Assembly (NCBI GenBank): GCA_002104945.1
Contig: MCFH01000166.1
Coordinates: 1 to 22,186 of the forward strand
DNA: 22,186 bases
Source of the DNA: Piromyces finnis finn
Taxonomy: Eukaryota > Fungi > Neocallimastigomycota
Reading direction: 5' to 3'
Below, piece by piece: positions 1 through 11,896 of the stretch (position 1 is the stretch's first letter; each line of letters opens with the position of its first letter). The notes beneath the pieces were generated by a model, which was not told where the DNA came from, ran no database searches, and saw only the letters and a list, made by a program, of their open reading frames with translations. The position numbers and the translations under genes were made by a program.

Positions 1-797
1 GGATTATTTGATATGTTTCTTAATTTATAAATTTAAGTTAATACATGTAATTATTAATTTAAAAATGATAAAATATATATTAATAGATTAATAGTATAGT
101 TTATTTACAATTTTATTTCCATTTTTTTAATTTTTTTGGAATTGAACCACTTAAGTTATTTTCTGCTAAATTTCTATAAATTATACAAAGTAAAAAAAGT
201 TATATGTACTTATAACATTTTATTTCATATTATTTTAATTAAAAAAAAATTTAATTACAAAGATTTTAAATTTGATAAATTCCCAAGTTCAGGTGGAATA
301 GATCCTGATAATTCATTATGAGCCAAGAATCTTTCAATTATAAAAACAAATATTAAATATAGAAATTATTATTATTATTATTATTATTATTTTAACTACA
401 GTTTTTCTAATTTAGATAGTTTTCCTAGTTCTGGTGGAATAGAATCTACTAAATAATTACTACTTAAATCCCTAAAAGTTAAAATTTAATAATAAAGAAA
501 TTATTAATAATTATAATTATTTTAAAAATTATAGAAATATATGACAATTAAATTACAAGGTTTTTAAATTAGATAGGTTTCCAAGTTCAGGAGTATAGGA
601 CCAATTAAATCATTTAAATCAAGATCTCTGTTTTAAATAAAAATTAAAATTTGCATGAAATAATATTAAAAAGAATTATTATATAAATAATGTTATTTTA
701 ATTTATTCTTTTTTTTAATACTTACAAATTTTTTAATTTAGATAATTTTCCTAGTTCTGGTGGTATTTGACCAGATAACGTATTATTGGAAAAGTCT
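1..797 (-). pseudogene. Mirror (inverted) copy of the partial LRR-TM gene; probably an assembly fold-back rather than a second locus
   Basis: Minus-strand AG/GT-bounded exons at 797-726 (72 nt), 627-557 (71), 471-400 (72), 330-259 (72), 173-109 (65) and 18-<1. Apart from 1-nt indels they are identical to the plus-strand exons at 925-1730. Confidence 0.7.
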
Positions 798-1730
798 CTA
801 TTTTACATGTCATTTAAATATTAATAAAAGTAAAAGATTTAAATATTATAGTAATTATTAATAATATGTTAATTATTAATAAATTTTTTACTTTTATTAA
901 TATTTCAAATGACATGTAAAATAGAGACTTTTCCAATAATACGTTATCTGGTCAAATACCACCCAGAACTAGGAAAATTATCTAAATTAAAAAATTTGTA
1001 AGTATTAAAAAAAAGAATAAATTAAAATAACATTATTTATATAATAATTCTTATTTTAATATATTTCATGCAAATTTTAATTTTATTTAAAACAGAGATC
1101 TTGATTTAAATGATTTAATTGGTCCTATACCTCCTGAACTTGGAAAACCTATCTAATTTAAAAACCTTGTAATTTTAATTGTCATATATTTCTATAATTT
1201 TTTAAAATAATTATAATTATTAATAATTTCTTTATTATTAAATTTTAACTTTTAGGGATTTAAGTAGTAATTATTTAGTAGATTCTATTCCACCAGAACT
1301 AGGAAAACTATCTAAATTAGAAAAACTGTAGTTAAAATAATAATAATAATAATAATAATAATTTCTATATTTAATAATTTGTTTTTATAATTGAAAGATT
1401 CTTGGCTCATAATGAATTATCAGGATCTATTCCACCTGAACTTGGGAATTTATCAAATTTAAAATCTTTGTAATTAAATTTTTTTTAATTAAAATAATAT
1501 GAAATAAAATGTTATAAGTAACATATAACTTTTTTTTACTTTGTATAATTTATAGAAATTTAGCAGAAAATAACTTAAGTGGTTCAATTCCAAAAAAATT
1601 AAAAAAAATGGAAATAAAATTGTAAATAAACTATACTATTAATCTATTAATATATATTTTATCATTTTTTAAATTAATAATTACATGTATTAACTTAAAT
1701 TTATAAATTAAGAAACATATCAAATAATCC
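1..1730. repeat. Near-perfect long inverted repeat: arms ~1-840 and ~882-1730, spacer ~40 nt
   Basis: The reverse complement of 1-60 equals 1671-1730 exactly. I followed the match line by line to ~840/882. About 15 differences, nearly all 1-nt indels in homopolymers, and no substitutions inside the LRR exons. Confidence 0.95.
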
Positions 1731-1902
1731 GTTATTAGAAACTGAAGATAATGATTCATCAATTTCATATATAATTATTGCAATTATATGTATTTTAGTT
1801 CTTGCTATAGTAATATTATTAATATATCTAAAAACTAAAAGGAAAATCTATGATAATGGAAATAAAACTAGTACAATTGGCAATACTCTAAAAAAATGTT
1901 AA
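925..1902 (+). CDS. 5'-truncated extracellular LRR receptor-like protein (24-aa plant-type LRRs, single TM helix, short tail)
   Basis: Exons 925-997, 1096-1168, 1256-1327, 1398-1469, 1556-1621 and 1713-1902, all AG/GT-bounded and phase 2. Repeats include LDLSSNYLVDSIPPELGKLSKLEK and LFLAHNELSGSIPPELGNLSNLKS. The last exon reads NISNNPLLETEDNDSSISY-IIIAIICILVLAIVILLIYL-KTKRK...KKC*, with TAA at 1900-1902. The first two exons each carry one extra base (73 nt) that is absent in the mirror arm. No start or signal-peptide exon is present. Confidence 0.88.
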
Positions 1903-4900
1903 AGTATCTAATTGTTCATGAAAGCAAATAGATCTACAAATATACATCTTTTTTAAATATGTTATCAATTATTATTAATAATTTAAATGAATAAAATATA
2001 AATAAAATAATTTTTATTTATTTTATTTTAAAATAGAAACTTTCAATAAACTATAAATTAAAGTAAATATTATATATTAAATAAATAAAATAAATCAAAT
2101 CAATAAATTTAAAATTAACACTCCTTTCTTTCTTTCTTTATATTGGAGTATTTATTAAATTTTGAGAATACTTACTTTTTCTTAATTAGTATATAATATA
2201 TGATTCAACAAGAAAACTATTAATATTAATATATTTTCTATAATAAATATAAACTTATAATTTGAAATAAAAAAAAATAAAAATTGAATAAATTAGTATT
2301 ATTATTAAAGAAATAATAAATTGATTCCCACTTTTATTAAATACCAATTATATCATTAATATATTAATTAATTTGAATTCCACACAAGTTAATTTCATAA
2401 AAAAAAAAAAAGGGAAATTTAATAACATCTTCCACAAAAAAATGTAATAATTCCAACAACAAAAAAAATAAAATAAAAATTTTATACTCTTATTAACTTT
2501 AATTGGATTAAAAATGTAGGAAATTATATTTTATTGAAAATTTATTAATAAATTAAGATATAAACTTAACATGATGTATATATCATATATATTATATATA
2601 ATTTAGAGGAAAAAATAATATTAATAATATAAGATATAAATTATTTTTTAGGACTGACTAGAATCCATATTTGAATTGTTTATTTATTGTTAGTATGAAT
2701 AAACCAACATATAAACAATTTTAATTTTTTTTTATGTACTAGAACAATGATATAACATTCAAGACTCAAGAAACTATTATATCTTAAATAAAGTTTACAA
2801 CTTAGTCATTTAAATTTTAAATCTTTAATATACGATAACTTTCAGGTTCTAATATATTCTTTCCAAAATCTTAATTGAAATATACAAAAAAATAACTAAT
2901 CAAAAATTTAAAATCTAAAGCATTTAAATAAGTTAATATCTTTAATTAATAATTTCTAATTCTCTACTTATATACTTATATAAAAACAAGTTTATTAAAT
3001 ATATTGTTTATATCTAATAATTCGTATTTTTAAATTATGTCAATATGTAGATATAATATAATTTAAAAAATATCACAGTCAATAATAAATAAAATTTTAT
3101 TTAAATACTTTAAATACTATTACTTACAATGTTTATTTCTTTATCTCTATTATTTATTTTTTTTAAAAATTAATATATAATTTCTTTGTTAAAAATAAAA
3201 TTTAATAATGAAATGTTGAGGTTTTTTTTTTTTTTTAATTTTTATAAACTGTTTATATTACATATTTAATTGAAGCCATGTCATTATTTCAGCTTTCTAT
3301 TAATAATAGTTGTTTATTAAGTAAAAGCAAATACAAATAAATATTATAAAAAATATTATTATTTTAGAAAATATTAAAAGTTCTTTGTTAAGAAAGTAAT
3401 TTTCTTTTTTCTTCTATTCTAAAAATTTATTTGTTTTTGTATATGAAAGTTTAATTATGAAAGTATTAAACATTTCACCCAGATAAAAATATAATTTAAT
3501 CTCCAATGTAAACTAAATTAATGTCTAAATCATGATAAAAACTAATTTACCATGTTTTATTTTCTGGTTTTACACTTGAGATTTTCTCCTATAAATTAGG
3601 ATTAGGATATGTTACTTTGGTAAATACGAATAAATAATAATTCTTTTTCAAATACACCTCCTATTTTTTAATCACTTGAAAGGGCTAATATCGTTTCAAA
3701 TATTTACACAATCGAAAAAACCTCATTCAAACATAAAAGAAATATATTTAAAAAGAATTTAATAATAATAATAATAATATAATAATATTGTTATTTTAAT
3801 GATAATTTAATAATATAATAAAATATTATTTTATAAGGGTACTTCAATATCAAAAGTTGACAAAATAACAAATCATAATTTTTTTTTTTTAAAAATAAAA
3901 AAAAAATAATAAATTCAAATAATTCATTTTATTTTCAATTTAGTGTATAAAAATATTAACTAAAATTGTCATACTGTTTAATTTTATTTGATATATATAT
4001 ATATATAATATAATAAGATAAACAAAAATTATTTCATGTAATAATTGTATATTTATAAAAATTAATGGAAATATAAATAAAACACAACAAGATTACCAAT
4101 TTTAATACATTTCACCCTATCTATACATTATATAATCTCTATGAGTGCATGCCATTATCTGACATTCTAATTAACACAACGAACGAAAACATTATTTTTA
4201 ATAAATTGTTTCTGTAATAGTCCAATTCTAATAGAAAAGCTCAATAAAATAAATAACAATAATTATGTAAAGCTTAAATAAAGAGAGAATATATTTTAAA
4301 TAACTAATTTTTATAGCAATATTTAAGATGAATTATTTGTTTTTTTTTTAAATGATACTTGAGAAAAAAAGGATATATTAAAATTATAATTTAAAATAGC
4401 ATAGAAAATTAGTATAAAACTTTTATTAAAACATAATTAAATATGTCAATTTACATATTATGTAAAGGAACTGAACCTTTTAATCTATGCTGATTAAAAA
4501 CAATAAATATAATATATTTATTCTTATTTAATGGGCTTTAATTATTAAATTGAGTCATTCTAATAATTAGTAGATATGAAATATAAAATAATAAAAATTA
4601 TAGTTCATTATATAAGTAATTATTGTATTAAAATATTAAATAATGTATATAAATGTAGGAAACATCAAAAATAGCTAATAATTAAATGTTATATTTTTTA
4701 TAATAGTCCATATAGAATTATGTATCTTTAATTATTAGAAATAGGAAAATTATTCATTAATTCTTATTAATTCTATATAGAGCGTATTTCTATAGTATTT
4801 TGTATTGTTAGCCATATGCTATCGGGAGAAATGATAATTTCAAATAGTTTAAATAATAGAAAAATAGTACAATTAAACAGAGCTAACATAATTCAAAATA

Positions 4901-5140
4901 AAATTAAATAATTTAAAGTTCATTAAAAAGAAAATTAATACTTTTCTTAAAAACATAAATAATTACAATTTATCATTGAACCTTATTCCATACACGGATG
5001 GAAAATTTTATTTTTAATTTTTATTAATAGTCCTATAAAAGTTATTAAAGTATTTTTAAAAAATAATAGATTTAGTAGGATTTTTTTTTATTATACCTTT
5101 CATTTTATTATTTTTAAATAGTATAAAAATATTTTTGATA

Positions 5141-7607
5141 ATGAATATATTTATTTTATTGATTAATTTCATTTTTATAATAAAATTTATACTTGCTGAA
5201 AAAGATATTAATAAAGAATGTGAAATAGTAAATAAATTATTAAATATAGATCTATCATTTGATTGTTGTATACACAAGAATATTATATGTTCAGATGATG
5301 GTCATATAATTAGAATGTAATGAATTAATATTAAAATATTTATTTCATTATTAGATATTTATAATTGTAAATATTTTTTATTAGTAGTATTAATAACAAT
5401 TTTTATTAAATAAAAGAAATTTTAATTTTGGTTATTCAAATTCTGATGAAGTTGAAGATATTACAAATGAAAAGTAATACGTTTTTTTTTTTTTTTTTTT
5501 AATATTACTAATATTACTTTTTATATAAATGATCATTATATATTCAAGATTTTATAATATTTATTAATAAAATATTCAAATATATTTTTACTGTTTAAAT
5601 AGATCCATACCACCTGAATTTGGAAATTTAACATATCTAACATATTTGTAATGCTTTATAATACATAATAAATATTATATCTATTAAAAAATGATTTTTA
5701 TATTTATATATATTTTTATTTGGAAACAGGAGTATAAGTGGAAAAAATTTAAAAGGTTCTATACCATCTGAGCTCGGAAACTTAACAAATCTAGAATATT
5801 TGTAAATGCTTTTTTACCTAATTATATTATTTTATTAATCATCAAATATGTTTTTATATTTATAATAACATATTTTGTACATTTCAATAGATATATATAT
5901 GGAGATAAATTATCTAGTACCATACCACCTGAACTTGGAAACTTATCAAAATTAGAATATATGTACTGTATTTATTAAAATTTCTTATATTAATTATTAT
6001 TGTTATGTTTATTAAATTTTGAATTTACTTTTAATTCATTAAAGATATTTGCATGGAAAAAGTATAAATGGTACTTTGCCATCTGAACTTGGAAATTTAA
6101 CAAATTTGAAAGAAATGTAACTATTTAGATATCATTTTATGTTACATGTTTATGAAAAAGGCATTAATTTATTATATACTTTATACGAAAAAAAAAAAGG
6201 TATATTACTAGAAATAATATAACAGGTTCAATTCCTTCTTCACTTGGAAAATTATCAAATTTAAAAAACATTGTAATTAATTAAAAATAATAATTAAATA
6301 TCAATCAATTAAATACTATTAAATAATAATTTATTATTTCCCATAACTTTCATTTGAAAAGAGTTATAGATCAAAATTTAATAGATGGTAAAATACCATC
6401 CGAACTTGGAAATTTATCAAATCTGGAAAGAATGTAATAATAAATGGGTTTAATATTTATATTTATAGTTGATGTAATATATTAATTAGTATATTAAATA
6501 CTATACATTTATTGATTGATACTTAATATTTTATTAAATATAAAAAAGTGATTTTTCATATAACTATTTATCTGGACATATACCTCGGGAATTTGGAAAA
6601 TTATCAAAATTAAAGAATTTGTATATATTTAAAAAATTTTAAAACATTATTATTTAAAATTAAATATTTACTTATTATGTAATATACATAATTATTATTT
6701 TATTTAAAATAGAGAACTTAATATAAATGATTTAATTGGTTCTATACCTTCTGAACTCGGAAATTTGTCTAATTTAAAAACATTGTAATTGCTGAATGTT
6801 AACATACTTTATTTTAATAAATGAATATTATTACATATTTACTATTATATTTAATATTAAATGTATAATTTAATATGATAGAGATTTATCCGATAACTTT
6901 CTGGTAGATTCTATTCCTCCTGAACTTGGAAAGCTAACTAATATGGAAAAATTGTAATTAAAATAAAAATAACAACAACAACAATAATAATGATAATTAA
7001 TAATAAAAAATATAACATATTTTTTTGCATAATATCTTATTTTTGTATAATATAGAGATTTATCTTTTAATAAATTATCAGGATCTATTCCATCTGAGCT
7101 AGGAAATTTATCTAATTTAAAATCTTTGTAATTAAAAGTTTTTATTATTTATTGAACAAGTTAACAAAATATAATATAATATATTTACAATTTTTATTTT
7201 ATTGTTAATATTATTTTAATATGAAAAACAAAATAGACTCTTAAATGATAATAATTTAAGTGGTTCCATTCCAAAAGAATTAAAAAAAAAGGATATAAAA
7301 TTGTAAATAAGTTTTACTCTATCAAAATATAAATTTAAATATACTTTAATATAAATTTCTTTTTATTATGATGTTAAATTATTAATTATATTATTTTACG
7401 TTTTTAATTCAAATATTAAGAAATGTATCAAATAATCCGTTATTAGAAACTGAAGAGGATAAAAGGTCACCTCTTTTAACGATTATTATTATTTCAGTAT
7501 GTATTCTATTATTTATTACAGTGGTGGTGTTAATATATCTAAAAGCAAAAAACAGAAACTTTACCATAGAAGAAAGTAGAAATAATTCTTCAAATGATGA
7601 AAATTAA
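5141..7607 (+). CDS. Complete type-I membrane LRR receptor-like protein (signal peptide, Cys N-cap, ~11 LRRs of 24 aa, TM, short tail), ~392 aa; one 1-nt insertion in exon 7
   Basis: 14 exons: 5141-5316, 5417-5473, 5603-5647, 5730-5801, 5891-5962, 6045-6116, 6200-6272, 6362-6433, 6549-6620, 6713-6784, 6882-6953, 7056-7127, 7237-7302 and 7421-7607. All introns are GT-AG, phase 2. Signal-peptide-like start MNIFILLINFIFIIKFILA; N-cap EC..N.LL....DCC....I.C..GHI; repeats LxxLxLxxNxLxGxIPxELGxLxx; TM LLTIIIISVCILLFITVVVLIYL followed by KAKNR; TAA at 7605-7607. Exon 7 is 73 nt (A6 where the related exon 10 has A5). Confidence 0.92.
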
Positions 7608-8152
7608 GAAATCAATAAATATCTAATATTTAAATTTCTTTAATTTGAAATCTTTATTATAACTTTATATTTCTATCATTCTTTTAATTAATAAATATTT
7701 CAAAATTTTATATAAATATAAATTCTTAAAAATTACTCAAAACATAAACTTTTTAATTTTTGTTAGACTATAAAGAAATGTTATTATTTTAACATATATG
7801 TTCCTTTTTATTTATTTTACAAATCTATAAATATGTTTAAATTTACATCGGCGAAAGAATTACATTTATCATAATTTTAACTTTTTCAATATTAATTAAA
7901 CTGAAAATTTATATAAAAAATTTGTTGTATACGTTATTTTAATACATTATGTTACAAATTATACTTTGGAATAAAAAAAAACTTTATAATTTGTTTGTTT
8001 TTAATATTAAAAAAAAGTAATGTTTTTAGTAGTAACTAAATATAATATTTTATAATATTATTATAAATAAAAAGATTATAGTATGGTTTTTAAAAATAAT
8101 AATAAATCCTTTGACCTTTTTATTAATTATTTTTAAAGTAACAACACAAATA

Positions 8153-8186
<34 letters not shown>

Positions 8187-10047
8187 GATTTACCAAAAAT
8201 TTCACCAAAATAAAAAAAGTTTTTTTAGCTATGTAAACATGTAAAGTATTAAAATTTTTATTTTCAAATTAATAATTAAATTATGATAAGATGTTAATAT
8301 TCAAAGATTGTATAAATTATAAATATATATATTATTTCGACATGCTATAAAAGAATATTAAATAATTTATAATGAAAGATAAGTATCTTAATACAGGAAT
8401 AAACTTATTTTATCCTAAAATTATTAAATAATTAAATAAAATGTCCAATGTTTAAATAATATAGTATTAATAAAAATGGATAATATCTATTTTTTAAAAG
8501 CGATAAGATTTAAATAGTTTAATTATATATATAAAGGAATTTTATAATAATAAAAATGGTTTAATTTCAATTAAAGTTTATAATAAATATTCCATATCTT
8601 TACCAGGTTAATTTTAATAACTTTTTTGGTTACTTTATTTATTTTGAAAAATTAAAAAAGAATAGCTATTTATTATTTATTATTCTTTATAGTGTTTTTT
8701 TTTCTTTTTAAAATTAACATGTATTTAAATGTATTTTTTTAAAGTTAATCTTAAATTATTGAAAATAATAACTTTTATTTAGAATTTATTTATTTTTATA
8801 TTTATATATATATATATACTACTTTTGTTTAATATAAAAAAGATGCTTTAGTAATATGGAAATGCTGATTTGATATTATTTGAAATATTTATATTTATAT
8901 ATATAAATATTCAATTACTTTACAACTAATAAATAAATTTATTTCGAATATATGGAAAAAAATTAAAGGTATTTAATATTTTTAAAATAAAATAAAAATA
9001 AAAAAATAAAATGTTTACTATATATCAGGCGGACAAATTAATTATGTGGTTAAGTTCCTTCTTAGTACCTTTAGATATGTAATTTAAATTGGAAATATTC
9101 AGAAAATGGTATTTAATACAAAATATATTTTCATAAAACAAAAAAATTTTAAAATTATTCATAATGGTATATAATGAAACTATTTTAATGCTTTAATACA
9201 TTAATAACTGTATCTCATCTATTTTAAAATGGTAATAAAAAATATATTTTTTAATAATGATTTCTAATTCTCTATCCAAATATAAACCAAGTTATTGAAT
9301 ATGAAATATTTATGTAATAATTTTAACAAAATAAATTATCCAGATCATCTAAATAAGGAAAATATATCTTCAATAAAGTTGACAAAATTTTCTAGTTTTT
9401 ATATAATTAATAAATATTAAATAGTTTAGTTTTTGAGAAATCATTTTTATACTTCATCAAATAACAATTAATATTTATTATTTTATGGTTTTAAATAAAA
9501 AAAATATTTAAAAATATTCTAGATACTTTAAAACTTTTTTATATGCCTTTTGTTAATAATAAATACCTATATATTTTCAACTTATATATATAACTGATTA
9601 TATATTTTTTAGTCAAATTCATTTGTGGCTTTTTTTAATTTGAAAAATATTATAATTGAATATATATTATAGAAAATTAAATAATAATCAATTATTTGGT
9701 GAAATTCCTCAAATATTTAAAGATCTCTCAGATAAAATAGAATTGTAAATATATATTTACATTAAAAAATAAAAATTATTTTTTTTATAGTTATATTAAT
9801 ATCTTAAAATATCTATTTATATATTGATTATATAAAATAGAAATTTAAGGAATAATCCATTCATTAATACAGAGACTAATGTTGAATGCAAATTTATTAA
9901 TAATTTAATTGGTAAAGAATAATCCTTTATTTATTTTAAAAAGTAATTTCAGTAATTATGAATTATCTTTGACTTTTCCTGAAGGTATTTAAAATTTACA
10001 ATATTTAGAAAGTTTGTAGTTAATATATTACCATAGATAATTATTAA

Positions 10048-10080
<33 letters not shown>

Positions 10081-10508
10081 GGAACCTACAATTTATATTA
10101 AATATTAAAAATATATGATAGTACATTTACAAAAGAAAAAGTCAAAAATACTGTATTCCCTGATTCATTTGGATCCATGCCATATGTGGAATTAATGTAT
10201 AAATATTATATATATTATATTTGATTTGATATTCAATAGGAATTCTAAATTTTTATTAATTAACTGACTCGATCCCATCGGATATAAAAAATATTAAATA
10301 TTTAGAAGCTTTGTAAAAATGAATTAATGAATTACTTTAAATTATTAATACATAGAAAGAAGAAGACAGTAAACAAGCTTTTTATATATTTTTTAATTTT
10401 AATTATTAATAATATAGAGATTTAAGTAATAACAAATTAGCAGATTCAATTCCTTCGGAAACTGAAGACCTAAAATATTTAGAATTCTTTTAAAATAAGT
10501 TTATACTA

Positions 10509-10716
<208 letters not shown>

Positions 10717-11105
10717 GAAATTTTATTTTCATGTTATAATATTTTTTAAAAGATTAAAAATAAATGACTGTAACAGATATGTCAAGGTTAATTCTGGTTT
10801 AACTGGTGAAATACCTGATTTAAATATTTATGATAATATGGAATTGAATCCTGCAAATAAAACTTGTCAATTACAACTGGATTATGTTATACAATTATTA
10901 GTAGAAGATGCAATTATTACGGTCTTAAAAAGTGTATAAATCTATTATTATTTATGTTTATTTATCTTTTAATGAAATTAAAATATAAATAGAAATCTAA
11001 CATTATAATATAATAATCATAGGTCCAAAAGAAGATCCAATTGAAGATGATAGTATATAAAAATAAAAATTATAAAGATTTCTCTTTTTTTTTTTAATTA
11101 ATGCT

Positions 11106-11275
11106 ATATTATATTATATTATATTATATTATATTATATTATATTATATTATATTATATTATATTATATTATATTATATTATATTATATTATATTATATT
11201 ATATTATATTATATTATATTATATTATATTATATTATATTATATTATATTATATTATATTATATTATATTATATT
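11106..11275. repeat. (ATATT)n microsatellite, 34 units, intronic
   Basis: Perfect pentamer run ending just upstream of the AG at 11283-11284. Confidence 0.97.
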
Positions 11276-11284
11276 ATTTTAAAG

Positions 11285-11896
11285 TGTAATGAAGATAAGG
11301 ATGTAAATTGTGAAGAAAAAACTTATAACTTGGTCGTTGATGAAGATAAACATTTACTTCAAGAAGACAAATCTATACCAGGTTTACTTTATTATTGTGA
11401 AACTAATAATGATATTTTTGAATGTAATAAAAAAGGGGATTTAGGTTATTATATTAATAGTAAGAATGGCATTTATACCTGTACTCAAAAAGGATGTTCT
11501 GGTTATAAATTCGGTAAAAGTTCAAATGGAAAGATTGAAGTTATTGATGATAATCAATTTAATATTTATTTAATCTACAAAATTACAGCAGATGTTACAA
11601 TGCCAGCTAAAAACTATCTTGTTGGACATGAATGTGTAGGTAGTATTTTTGGAACAAGTAAGAATGGAGATTATATCATTATAACTATTGATGAAAACTC
11701 TGTCACTTCAAATTCTTCCTTTGATCACTCTGTCCCTAAATTTGTTTATACAAATTCATTAACAAACGAAATATTAAATAGAGAAAGTTGTTCAATTGAT
11801 ATTACAGAATTTGAATATAACGAATCAGACGATGTTTATAACAAACATCGTGAATCTTTTAACCAAAAAATACTGTATTTTGTAAATAATATGTAA
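11285..11896 (+). other. Terminal exon encoding a Cys/Tyr-rich module resembling anaerobic-fungal scaffoldin-family repeats
   Basis: Open frame CNEDKDVNCEEKTYNLVV...GLLYYCETNNDIFECNKKGDLGYYINSKNGIYTCTQKGC...SIFGTSKNGDYIIITIDENSV. From memory, the G.LY.C...C....GYYIN....Y.C....C pattern matches Neocallimastigomycota scaffoldin-like repeats; not verified by search. Confidence 0.55.

Noticed and set aside
136-321. Plus-strand 61-aa ORF
   Set aside because: Antisense read-through of two mirror LRR exons and an intron; no independent coding signal.
3480-3720. Slightly GC-richer minus-strand stretch with a stop-interrupted peptide faintly like retroelement RNase H (…HDLDINLVYIGD…)
   Set aside because: Multiple stops, no catalytic motifs and no LTR or TIR found; would need a tBLASTx/HMM search.
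5056-5277. Minus-strand 73-aa ORF
   Set aside because: Antisense shadow of the signal-peptide exon of the LRR-TM gene.
925-7302. Regularly spaced similar ~30-nt motifs (cc.gaact.ggaaa.tta) every ~150-170 nt, resembling a CRISPR array
   Set aside because: The motifs are degenerate at third codon positions, lie within AG/GT-bounded 72-nt exons and translate to LRRs; the 'spacers' are AT-rich introns.
2740-9320. Loosely similar ~60-nt segments at ~2952-3012 and ~9260-9322 (shared atttctaattctcta), with nearby minus-strand LRR-like fragments
   Set aside because: No consistent frame or splice sites could be reconstructed; possibly decayed relics, but not supportable in DNA this AT-rich.
11101-11289. 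ILYY-repeat ORF (62 aa)
   Set aside because: Translation of the intronic (ATATT)n microsatellite.
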